From NCBI GenBank assembly GCA_029548805.1, contig JAKPMS010000211.1, positions 1 to 48,336 of the forward strand: a stretch of 48,336 bases of DNA, given 5' to 3'. Shown one piece after another: positions 36,310-44,307 of the stretch. Made by a program: the position numbers and the translations under genes. Position 1 is the first letter of the stretch. Each line of letters begins with the position of its first letter. A model generated the notes under the pieces. It searched no databases, was not told the DNA's origin, and saw only the letters and a list, made by a program, of their open reading frames with translations. Source of the DNA: Spirochaetota bacterium. Lineage in GTDB: Bacteria > Spirochaetota > Spirochaetia > Treponematales > UBA12059.

Positions 36310-37477
36310 AATTCCTCCCGTTAAAATCCCTGCCCAGTATTATTACAAAATCAGCAGGGCTGGTCTGGCTTGATTCATTTACCACTTCCCTGCAATTGAT
36401 AACACTGGCCACAGTTTTTGCAGCTGCTTCATCACCGTAATGATTTACTATGCTTGTCCTTTGAATATCAGAACTGCTCGCATTGGCAACAGAAATGATT
36501 TCATAGCCAAAACCCTGATAAATCTCAGCTGTACGTTGGGCCAAACCGCGAACAGAAGTTCCATTCAAAATTTCCAGGGTAAAAACCTTATCCGCTATGG
36601 CTCCGGCACTTATTTCAGGGCTTATAAGCGCATTCAATGACTGCTTTACTATATCTTTTACCAGGTCTCCGTCATAGTGCGGAAATAAAAGCTGCTTGCC
36701 TTCCACGTTTCTTGGGTTTCCGCTAAGTCGTTGCAAAACTATTCTGTCAGAATTCAGGCCAGAGTATTCCTTCAACAACAAAAACAGGGATTTTTCCTTT
36801 AAATTGGTTTTAAAAAGGGGCTTGACCTTGGGGTATACCTTTTTTCCGAGTATATAGTCCGATTTTTCCGAAAGGCGTTTTAGTATGGACTGCAATAAAA
36901 TTTGTCTTTTGGCCACAACTTCGCTTTCCGGCATGTAGGGATCCTTATAGCCAGCCCATGATAAAACCTTGCTACCATCCAGCACCACAAAACCCGATGG
37001 CAGGCTTACTGCTTTTCCGTCTGCTGTTTCATTTATGGGGTTTGGCAAAAAAACGGATATGCCATCCAGAAGATCAACAAATGTTGATAAAGAGCGCTCG
37101 TTTAAAACCAGGTAATAATCCAGGCTTGTTGCACAAAGGCGCTCAATTTCTTCTAAATAGGCCTGCGGAGCGGAAGGCTTGTACAAAACATCAATGCTGT
37201 CCATTCTGTTTATGGATTTGATGATAAGCCCGGTTTCCGAAGGTATGTCCAGAAGAACAGCCCTTTTGGTTTTTGAACTGTACATCATCAGCTGGGTTGC
37301 TGCCGGTTTGCCGTTACGTTCAAAAATTATGGCTGTTTTTATGATTCTGCCTTCATTTATCGCTTTTTCTATTGGGTCCACCCTTAAAGCAGAAATCATC
37401 ACAAAAAAAGCCAGCAGCGCCAAAACCAATATTGCAAGAAGAAACATTACGCTCTTGTCTACTATGGATCGACCCAT
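36299..37477 (-). CDS. LytR-CpsA-Psr (LCP) family protein with C-terminal LytR_C-like domain
   Basis: ORF 36299..37696 trimmed to ATG 37477 (TAATG junction with the nadD stop). N-terminal TM (MFLLAILVLALLAFFVMISAL). LCP core (AVLLDIPSETG...LDYYLVLNERSLSTFVDLLDGISVFLP). C-terminal domain (LEILNGTSVRGLAQRTAEIYQGFGYEI). Confidence 0.85.
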   Translation of the reverse strand: MGRSIVDKSVMFLLAILVLALLAFFVMISALRVDPIEKAINEGRIIKTAIIFERNGKPAATQLMMYSSKTKRAVLLDIPSETGLIIKSINRMDSIDVLYKPSAPQAYLEEIERLCATSLDYYLVLNERSLSTFVDLLDGISVFLPNPINETADGKAVSLPSGFVVLDGSKVLSWAGYKDPYMPESEVVAKRQILLQSILKRLSEKSDYILGKKVYPKVKPLFKTNLKEKSLFLLLKEYSGLNSDRIVLQRLSGNPRNVEGKQLLFPHYDGDLVKDIVKQSLNALISPEISAGAIADKVFTLEILNGTSVRGLAQRTAEIYQGFGYEIISVANASSSDIQRTSIVNHYGDEAAAKTVASVINCREVVNESSQTSPADFVIILGRDFNGRNCVY

Positions 37478-38070
37478 TACTTGCTCTCTCCCAAACAGGG
37501 AAATGCCCCATACAGTCCTTTTTGCTTTATGAAGTCTGCCACAGGCTTTGGTACCAAAGGAGTCCAGGGCCTTCCTGATACTATTCTTTCTTTTATATCC
37601 GTAGAAGATATATTGATTTGCCGGTTTCCCGCAATTTTGTGGGGGTATGCCAAAGCGCAAGGCTGATTGTTCCGTCTTGCAACTATTATATCGCAAAGTC
37701 TGCTAATGGTCTCCGGCTCTTTCCATCTGGCAAAACCTTCAACAAGGTCGGCACCAATCAGTAAGCCGGGTTTTCCGTCAATATCATAGCTGTCAATTAT
37801 ATGCCTGATGGTATCAATTGTATAAGATTGCCCTTTTCTGTCTATTTCGCAATGGTCAAGCTTGTACATTCTGTCTTTGCCTATAGCCATATTAAGCATT
37901 TTAAGTCGCAGCTTTGCTCCGGGATCCTCAGTCAACGCTTTGTGCGGTGGAGAAAAGGCCGGTACAAATACTACTTTTTCATAGGAAAATTCATGCGCCA
38001 CTTCTTGTGCCATAAAAAGATGGCCAATGTGGACCGGGTTAAAGCTTCCGCCAAAGACAAGAATTCTCAT
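37477..38070 (-). CDS. nadD: Nicotinate-nucleotide adenylyltransferase
   Basis: MRILVFGGSFNPVHIGHL (HxGH motif), ...ISSTDIKERI (ISST motif). TAATG junction with obg. Confidence 0.93.
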   Translation of the reverse strand: MRILVFGGSFNPVHIGHLFMAQEVAHEFSYEKVVFVPAFSPPHKALTEDPGAKLRLKMLNMAIGKDRMYKLDHCEIDRKGQSYTIDTIRHIIDSYDIDGKPGLLIGADLVEGFARWKEPETISRLCDIIVARRNNQPCALAYPHKIAGNRQINISSTDIKERIVSGRPWTPLVPKPVADFIKQKGLYGAFPCLGESK

Positions 38071-39086
38071 TATGGTTTGTTGCCAGCATTTGCCTCTTCG
38101 GACTGGCTTACAAAAGCAAGAAACTTTTTAGCCAGTTCAGGCAGTCCTTCCCGGCTGAACACGGATATTCCAAGCAATAGCTCATTTTTATAAGCCGCTG
38201 TCAGCTCTTTAAGGCGTTCACGGGTATCCGGCAAATCCAGTTTTGTAGCTACTATAAGCCTGGGTTTTAAAGCCAGATCCGGAGAAAAACTGTCAAGCTC
38301 GGACAAAAGGGTGTCAAATGCTGTCAAGTACTTGTCATCTGACAGGTCTATTAAAAAAGCCAGGGCGGCTGTTCTGGAAATATGCTTAAGAAATCTCAAA
38401 CCCAGCCCGCTTCCCGTATGAGCTCCCTCTATAATACCCGGAATGTCTGCCAGTATCAGATCCCTGTCTGATATTCTTAACACTCCAAGGTTTGGAATTT
38501 TTGTAGTAAAAGGATAGGCAGCTATTTTTGGCCTGGCATTGGTAAAAGCTTCCAGCAAACTGGATTTGCCGGCATTAGGAAAGCCCACAAAGCCTATGTC
38601 AGCCATAAGCTGAAGTTCAATTTTAAGGTTTACGCTGCTGCCTGGCTTTCCAGGAAGAGCTGTTCGCGGGGCCTGGTTTGTACTGGTTTTAAAATGGATA
38701 TTGCCCCAACCGCCATTCCCGCCTTTAAGATAAATCCAGCGTTCTTCTTTAAAGTCCGCAAAATCCTTTACAATTTCTCCGCTTTCCGCATTTTTTATCA
38801 AACTCCCTGGAGGCAGGGGTATAACTATGTCCGAGCCATTGGCTCCATAACGACCCCGTCCCATGCCATCCTGGCCTGATTGCGCCTTGTAATGCTTGCC
38901 GTAGCGCAAATGGCTTAGGGTTCTGAGATTGTTGCGAAGCTCAAAAACAACATTGCCGCCACGGCCTCCGTCTCCGCCGGAAGGGCCGCCAAGAGGCACA
39001 TGAGCTTCTCTCCTGAATGCAACACAGCCGTTTCCGCCGTTACCGGACGAGACAGTAATCAGTATTTCATCTGCAAACTTTATCAT
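38070..39086 (-). CDS. obg: GTPase Obg/CgtA
   Basis: Gly-rich Obg fold (SSGNGGNGCVAFRREAHVPLGGPSGGDGGRGGNVVF), G1 GFPNAGKSS, G3 DIPG, G4 TKLD. Confidence 0.95.
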   Translation of the reverse strand: MIKFADEILITVSSGNGGNGCVAFRREAHVPLGGPSGGDGGRGGNVVFELRNNLRTLSHLRYGKHYKAQSGQDGMGRGRYGANGSDIVIPLPPGSLIKNAESGEIVKDFADFKEERWIYLKGGNGGWGNIHFKTSTNQAPRTALPGKPGSSVNLKIELQLMADIGFVGFPNAGKSSLLEAFTNARPKIAAYPFTTKIPNLGVLRISDRDLILADIPGIIEGAHTGSGLGLRFLKHISRTAALAFLIDLSDDKYLTAFDTLLSELDSFSPDLALKPRLIVATKLDLPDTRERLKELTAAYKNELLLGISVFSREGLPELAKKFLAFVSQSEEANAGNKP

Positions 39087-39218
39087 TTAAAAAAACCAGT
39101 CCCATAAACACAAACGCTGCCGTCCAGTTAGCAACTGTAACAGCAGCACAAATGAAATAGCAAGAATAAAAATATTTTTTTCATGCACCAGCATTAAAAC
39201 GCCCACTGGCAGTCAGAC

Positions 39219-39461
39219 TCAAGCCTCCAATGGCTCTATACTAGCGTACTTGCGACCCTTGTATTCACTAAACAATACCTTTCCGTCGCTTAAGGCAAAA
39301 AGAGTATAATCCCTTCCCAGGCCAACATTTTCTCCGGGATGAATTTTTGTACCCCGCTGACGGGCGATAATGGTACCAGCCTTTACTATTTCGTTGCCAT
39401 AAGCCTTTACCCCAAGATATTTGGGATTGGAATCCCTGCCATTTACACCTTTATGTGCCAT
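39219..39461 (-). CDS. rpmA: 50S ribosomal protein L27 (no propeptide; short N-terminus)
   Basis: [19 protein letters not shown]...[20 protein letters not shown] 39461 has GGAGG 6 nt upstream. The track start (TTG 39476) lies inside that SD and has no SD of its own. Confidence 0.93.
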   Translation of the reverse strand: MAHKGVNGRDSNPKYLGVKAYGNEIVKAGTIIARQRGTKIHPGENVGLGRDYTLFALSDGKVLFSEYKGRKYASIEPLEA

Positions 39462-39497
39462 AAAGCCCCTCCACAAACAAGCTGCATTATTAAAAAG

Positions 39498-39842
39498 TTA
39501 GTTCTGATCTATGACCAGTTCCAGTAAACCTGGAAATTCCCTGTTTATTCCGGATAATCCAACAACAAGAAAATCAGCTACTGCCCTAAGGCGCTCCGAC
39601 TTTTCTTCCGGCCAAGCACTGATTTTAAAATCAAGGCTGCCGGCTTTTGTCGCCTTTCCCTTAATTTTTACGCCAGGGTAGGCTGAAACAGTCTCATAAG
39701 CCGTACGGAGCAGCACCGTTACCGCGGCACAGGCCAGGTTTTCTCCCTTTGGGCTTGAGCCGGCATGCCCATCTGCAGAAGCAGACAGAAGCTGTCCGCC
39801 GCTGCCAAGACCTATGATAATCTTAAGGCCATTATAGGCCAA
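39498..39842 (-). CDS. Ribosomal-processing cysteine protease Prp homologue (YsxB/DUF464)
   Basis: Sits between rplU and rpmA. His/Cys dyad with the canonical 12-residue spacing, ADGHAGSSPKGENLACAAVTV (cf. SGHA...D-VCAGVS). TTG start overlapping the rplU end. Confidence 0.8.
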   Translation of the reverse strand: MAYNGLKIIIGLGSGGQLLSASADGHAGSSPKGENLACAAVTVLLRTAYETVSAYPGVKIKGKATKAGSLDFKISAWPEEKSERLRAVADFLVVGLSGINREFPGLLELVIDQN

Positions 39843-40143
39843 GTATATCCTCTACACTTAAAAGGGTGTAGTTCTGACGGTGCCCCTGCTTTTTGCGATA
39901 ATTTTTCTTGGACTTGTACTTGTATACAATTATTTTATCACCCTTTTCATGGGACCTTATGGAAGCCCTGACCATGGCACCGGGGACATAAGGAGAGCCT
40001 ATTTTGATGCTGTCTCCGGACATAAAAAGCACGGAATTGATATCCACCTTGGTTCCGGCTTCACCTTCCATAAAATCCACTTTTAAAACAGAGCCTTTTT
40101 CTGCTTTGTACTGTTTGCCTTTTACTTCAACAATTGCGTACAT
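39832..40143 (-). CDS. rplU: 50S ribosomal protein L21
   Basis: MYAIVEVKGKQYKAEKGSVLKVD...KKNYRKKQGHRQ. AGAGGA SD. Confidence 0.95.
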   Translation of the reverse strand: MYAIVEVKGKQYKAEKGSVLKVDFMEGEAGTKVDINSVLFMSGDSIKIGSPYVPGAMVRASIRSHEKGDKIIVYKYKSKKNYRKKQGHRQNYTLLSVEDILGL

Positions 40144-40177
40144 ATCTTGTCCTCTTTCACAAATTTATAGGGAATAT

Positions 40178-40210
40178 CCAAAAACCAAAGGAGTATAGCT
40201 ACTATTCTCC
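40178..40210 (-). promoter_or_regulatory. Terminator-like hairpin in the rplU 5' leader (candidate attenuator)
   Basis: Minus strand: GGAGAATAG-tag-CTATACTCC (9 positions, 1 mismatch; plus coordinates 40190-40210), followed by TTTGGTTTTTGG. It lies between the candidate promoter and the rplU SD. Confidence 0.4.
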
Positions 40211-40237
40211 AGACTTTTGACAGTATACCAGCGAAGT

Positions 40238-40267
40238 TTTATACTATACCCGACAGTACAGTGTCAA
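40238..40267 (-). promoter_or_regulatory. Candidate sigma70-type promoter of the rplU-prp-rpmA operon
   Basis: Minus strand: TTGACA (40267-40262)-18 nt-TATAAA (40243-40238). Confidence 0.45.
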
Positions 40268-40298
40268 GCTTTAGCCCGGGTCAAGTTGCGGCTCCCGC

Positions 40299-42047
40299 CT
40301 ACATGACCTCCAAAAAGGGTATACAAAGCAGTTCCAAGCCATTCTTTAACACAACAAGTACAGCCTCGCACAATGCCAGCCTGCTTGCAGAAAGGTCCTT
40401 GTCGGGGCAATTCAATATGGGTTCATCATGATAATACCTGGAAAAGCTGGAGGCTATATCGTATAAATGGCTGGCCAGAACAGAAGGATTGTAATTCTGC
40501 CCTGCATCTTCTACTGCTTCCGGGTATCCGGCTACCAGCTTTACCAGATCCCATTCTGTTTTCTTGGCAAGAAGTTCCGGCTTTATGCTTCCGTTTGCAG
40601 AAGCGCTGTCTGCCTTTTTTCTTAGCATGCTGGATATCCTGGCCCCCATATATTGTATGTAAGGGCCGGTGTTGCCGGTAAAGGAAAGGGATTCTTTGGG
40701 ATTGAATACCATGTCTTTGGAAGGAGTTGCCTGGGCCAAATAATAGTGAACAGCTCCAAGAGCAATTTTTTCTGCAGTAAGCTCGGGGTCTCCCACCTGT
40801 TCTTCCCTGCCTTTGGACAATATTTCTTCCATGGCCAGCTCTTTTAGGGAATCAAGCAGGGTATCGGCATCTACAACAGTGCCCTCCCGGGTCTTCATGC
40901 GTCCTTCAGGGAGGTTCACAAGGCCGTAAGACAGGTGATACAGGTTTTTTGCCCAGCTGTAACCCAGTTTTTCCAGAATATAAAAAAGTACCTTAAAATG
41001 GTATTGCTGTTCATTGGCTACAACATAAACAAGGCGGTCAAAAGGCCAGTCCTTGTGCCTGTGTATTGCCAATCCAAGGTCCTGGGTCATGTATATGGAT
41101 GTGCCATCCTTCCTAAGCAACACCTTTTCTTCCAGACCTATGGATGAAAGATCCACCCTAATGGAGCCGTCTTCAGCCCTGAAAAAAGCACCGTTGTTCA
41201 AACCCTTTTGCACTTCTTCCTTGCCTGTAAGATATACCTGGCTTTCAAAATAGTATTTGTCAAAAGAAACCCCGGTACGTTTGTATGTATTCTGTATGCC
41301 TTTAACAGCCCAGTCATTCATTTTTTTCCATAGCTCATGAGTGGTGCTGTCGCCGCCTTCCCACTTTACAAGAAGCTCCTGGGCTTTCTCTTCTGCCTGC
41401 GGGTCCTCTTTTATCAGATCGTTAAAGCGCACATAATAATCGCCAACAAAATGGTCGCTTTTTTTGCCTTCGTCCTTTGGCTCCCTGTTAGCTCCGTACT
41501 TCATGTAAGAAAGCATGGATTTGCATATATGTATCCCTCTGTCATTTATGAGGTTTATTTTCATTACATCAGCACCGTTGGCTTTTAATATTCTTGCGCT
41601 GGATTCTCCCAGCACATCGTTGCGAAGATGACCAAGATGCAGGGGTTTGTTGGTATTGGGGCTGGAAAACTCTATCATGATTTTTGTACCGGACAAAGCA
41701 TCCGTAAAACCATACTTTGCTCCGGCCTTGACTGCTTCAAGGGTTTCTGCAATTACTTCTTCCCTGTTAATAAAAATATTCAGATATGGTCCTAAAACCT
41801 TTATTTTGCCGGAAGGCCTGGATCTGTTTTCCAGTCTATTTGCCACGGTTTTTGCAATATCCGCAGGAGACATGCGCATGGCCTTGGCCAGCGGAAACAT
41901 GGGAAAGCCTATGTCACCCATTTCGGAATCGGGCGGGGTTTCCAATACCAGATTGGCAGCCAGGGCAGGATCTGCGGATTTTTCTGCAAGAAGCTCGGAC
42001 ACGGCTGTCAAAACCGCGTTTTTCCAGCCGTCTTTTATATTTTTCAT
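40299..42047 (-). CDS. argS: Arginine--tRNA ligase
   Basis: 582 aa. HIGH-type motif SSPNTNKPLHLGHLRN; class I anticodon-binding C-terminus ending in M. GGGAG SD. Confidence 0.95.
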   Translation of the reverse strand: MKNIKDGWKNAVLTAVSELLAEKSADPALAANLVLETPPDSEMGDIGFPMFPLAKAMRMSPADIAKTVANRLENRSRPSGKIKVLGPYLNIFINREEVIAETLEAVKAGAKYGFTDALSGTKIMIEFSSPNTNKPLHLGHLRNDVLGESSARILKANGADVMKINLINDRGIHICKSMLSYMKYGANREPKDEGKKSDHFVGDYYVRFNDLIKEDPQAEEKAQELLVKWEGGDSTTHELWKKMNDWAVKGIQNTYKRTGVSFDKYYFESQVYLTGKEEVQKGLNNGAFFRAEDGSIRVDLSSIGLEEKVLLRKDGTSIYMTQDLGLAIHRHKDWPFDRLVYVVANEQQYHFKVLFYILEKLGYSWAKNLYHLSYGLVNLPEGRMKTREGTVVDADTLLDSLKELAMEEILSKGREEQVGDPELTAEKIALGAVHYYLAQATPSKDMVFNPKESLSFTGNTGPYIQYMGARISSMLRKKADSASANGSIKPELLAKKTEWDLVKLVAGYPEAVEDAGQNYNPSVLASHLYDIASSFSRYYHDEPILNCPDKDLSASRLALCEAVLVVLKNGLELLCIPFLEVM

Positions 42048-42076
42048 TATAAACTCCCAAACTGTAACAGGCTCAT

Positions 42077-42106
42077 ATATTAGCTTTTATAATATGTCTT
42101 TATCAA
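42077..42106 (-). promoter_or_regulatory. Candidate promoter for argS
   Basis: Minus strand: TTGATA (42106-42101)-18 nt-TAATAT (42082-42077). Confidence 0.3.
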
Positions 42107-42148
42107 GCAAGCTTCAGCTTTGACCGGCTGTCATCCACAAAAGCAAAG

Positions 42149-44077
42149 CTATGACAGCAAAGCCAAAAACTCTTTTTCGTCAATGACTTTAATGCCAAAG
42201 CTTTTTGCCTTACGGTTTTTTTCCGAACCAGAATAGCTGTCATTGCTTACAAGATAGCTAAGATCCTTTGCAACGCTGCTTTTTACAATGCCGCCATTGG
42301 CTTTTACAAGCGCCTGGGCCTGAGATCGCTTCATTGCACTCAATTCTCCCGTAAAGCAAAACGACATACCGCTTAGCTTGCCTCTTTCCGTCTGGCTTTC
42401 TTTTATGACCAGTCTGCCGCTTTCCAGCACGGTATCCATGTCGTTTTTTAAAAGGTTCATGCCTGCTTTAAGGTTTGCTGCAGTTATATTGCCCAGGCCT
42501 TCTGTTTTTTCCAGCTCTGATACAGAAGCCATTCTAAGCTTTTCAAGCGTATTGAATCCGGCTTTTACAAGCTTGTCCATTGTCAATACACCGATACCTT
42601 CTATGTCGAATCCTGCCACAAACTCCGCCAGCCCCGGACTGGATTTTTTTTCAAGGTTGTCAACAAGTTTGGCCGCACTCAAGTCTCCAAGGCGTTCGAG
42701 TTCCGCCAATTCCTCTTTTTTTAGGCTGTACAAATCTGCAATTTTTTTTACCCTGCCGGAATCAAAAAGCCTTTTGATAATGGTTGTCCCAAATTCCATT
42801 ATGCCAAGGACCGAAATCCACTTTTCCAGCCTGTGCAATGCTTTTTTGGGGCAGTCCGGGTTTGGGCAAAAAAGCCTTGTGCCGTCATCCACCAGCTTTG
42901 TCAAACAGGAGCACAGTTCCGGGAATTCTACAGGCTTGCTATCGGGCATGTCTTCTATCATGCCTTCAATTTTGGGAATTATGTCTCCCCTTTTTACCAC
43001 TGCGACCTTTGCGCCGATTTTGAGCCCCATGCCCCTCAGAATTCCGGCATTGGCAAGGCTTGCCCTTTTTACTGTTGTACCCGCCAGCCTTACGGGTTCA
43101 ATAAGCGCAACAGGCGTGTAGTTGGCTCCAGATTCGCTCCACTCTATTCCCAGAAGCGTAGATGCTGCTTCTTCCAACGGAAACTTGAAAGCAATTTGCC
43201 TATCAGGCCTCAAGCGCTTCATGTCCTCAATATCCGGCTCCCTTGCCTTTACTACAAGGCCGTCAATGTCATAGGCGTAGCTTTCGCGCCTGTCTACAAC
43301 CTTAGCCCTGTAATCTATTACCTCAAAGGCAGTATGAAAAACCCTGTACTCTACAATCATAAAACCGCAGGAAGCAAGCCATTTCAGTTTTTCTGTTTCA
43401 TCATCAAAGGGATGTTCCGGGCCATGCGGAAAATTTAACGCCTCATTCATGTCAAAAAGTCCAAGCGGTGCCGCATCATAACAAATTACATCAAGGTATC
43501 CTGCTCCAGCGCCATCCTTTCGTTTCATCAGGCCATTGGCTGCATTGCGGCAATTGGCTTTGTCCGAGAAATGCTCCTTGTGGACAGCTTTGGACATAAG
43601 CACTTCGCCCCGGACAGCTCCTGACCATGGCTCCGGAAGCTGCGGGACAACTCCGTTCATCTGCCTTGCATTGGCAGTTATATCATCGCCTGTAACTCCG
43701 TCCCCCCTGGTTACAGCCTTTGCTAAAAAGCCTTTTTCGTATTGCAGTTCAAGGCTGGCCCCATCCAGCTTGAGCTCTGTTACAAACTCGTCAAACTTTT
43801 GCTTGTTGGCCCAAGCCAGAAATTCTTCGGGATCTGCTGCCTTGGCCTGGCTGCCCATGGGCAGGATATGCGCTGCTTTTAAAAAACCGTCGCTTTTGTC
43901 TTTTCCTATATCTTTTAAAACCTGGTTTTCCGGGTCCATATATGCGAGTTCATCCCAAAGCCTGTCAAATTCCCCATCGGAAATTTCTGCCATAGAATTG
44001 TAATACAGCTCCTGATGCTTTTTTATAAGCTTTTCGAGTTCCGCTATTCTACTTTTCTTTTTGTCACTTTCACTCAC
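42149..44077 (-). CDS. ligA: NAD-dependent DNA ligase
   Basis: Domain Ia (LYYNSMAEISDGEFDRLWDEL), adenylation motif ELKLDG, Cys4 zinc finger (CSC...CPNPDC), HhH region, C-terminal BRCT (FCFTGELSAMKRSQAQALVKANGG). GTG start. The usual PMLSL-N-F motif is divergent here (PMGSQAKAA). Confidence 0.9.
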   Translation of the reverse strand: MSESDKKKSRIAELEKLIKKHQELYYNSMAEISDGEFDRLWDELAYMDPENQVLKDIGKDKSDGFLKAAHILPMGSQAKAADPEEFLAWANKQKFDEFVTELKLDGASLELQYEKGFLAKAVTRGDGVTGDDITANARQMNGVVPQLPEPWSGAVRGEVLMSKAVHKEHFSDKANCRNAANGLMKRKDGAGAGYLDVICYDAAPLGLFDMNEALNFPHGPEHPFDDETEKLKWLASCGFMIVEYRVFHTAFEVIDYRAKVVDRRESYAYDIDGLVVKAREPDIEDMKRLRPDRQIAFKFPLEEAASTLLGIEWSESGANYTPVALIEPVRLAGTTVKRASLANAGILRGMGLKIGAKVAVVKRGDIIPKIEGMIEDMPDSKPVEFPELCSCLTKLVDDGTRLFCPNPDCPKKALHRLEKWISVLGIMEFGTTIIKRLFDSGRVKKIADLYSLKKEELAELERLGDLSAAKLVDNLEKKSSPGLAEFVAGFDIEGIGVLTMDKLVKAGFNTLEKLRMASVSELEKTEGLGNITAANLKAGMNLLKNDMDTVLESGRLVIKESQTERGKLSGMSFCFTGELSAMKRSQAQALVKANGGIVKSSVAKDLSYLVSNDSYSGSEKNRKAKSFGIKVIDEKEFLALLS

Positions 44078-44166
44078 CTTTTGCTGTCCTTTAAATACTT
44101 CCTCGAAGCTTAGAGATACCTTAATTATATACTTTATTTTGTATGTAGCTATATGAATATAGGAGG

Positions 44167-44192
44167 CCTCTTAAAACTTAAGTTTTAAGAGG
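44167..44192. repeat. Perfect 26-bp palindrome in an AT-rich spacer
   Basis: cctcttaaaac ttaa gttttaagagg gives an 11-bp stem and a 4-nt loop on either strand. No adjacent T-run. Confidence 0.9.
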
Positions 44193-44200
44193 TCTTCACT

Positions 44201-44229
44201 TAAAAACATAGGGTTTTTAAGCTTCCCTA
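44201..44229 (-). terminator. Weak candidate terminator after the RlpA/SPOR gene
   Basis: Minus strand: ATAGGG-aagcttaaaaa-CCCTAT followed by GTTTTTAAG. The stem is short (6 bp) and the loop is 11 nt. Confidence 0.3.
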
Positions 44230-44307
44230 TATACATTATTGGGTAGGCTTAGTGGTAAAATCTTGTTTGACACTAAGCTTCATAGAACCAGCTTTTAGCA
44301 AGCTTGG

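Noticed and set aside
39462-39476. TTG-initiated 5-aa N-terminal extension of L27 (MWRGF-MAHK) as a possible Prp-cleavable propeptide
   Set aside because: The TTG sits inside the GGAGG SD that is ideally spaced for ATG 39461, and it has no SD of its own. The extension is much shorter than known propeptides. It is kept only as an alternative to test (see the Prp/L27 finding).
42048-42148. Possible T-box leader upstream of argS
   Set aside because: Only 101 nt separate ligA and argS. I saw no specifier-loop or T-box sequence (AANNNGGUGGNACCGCG-like) and no terminator/antiterminator pair.
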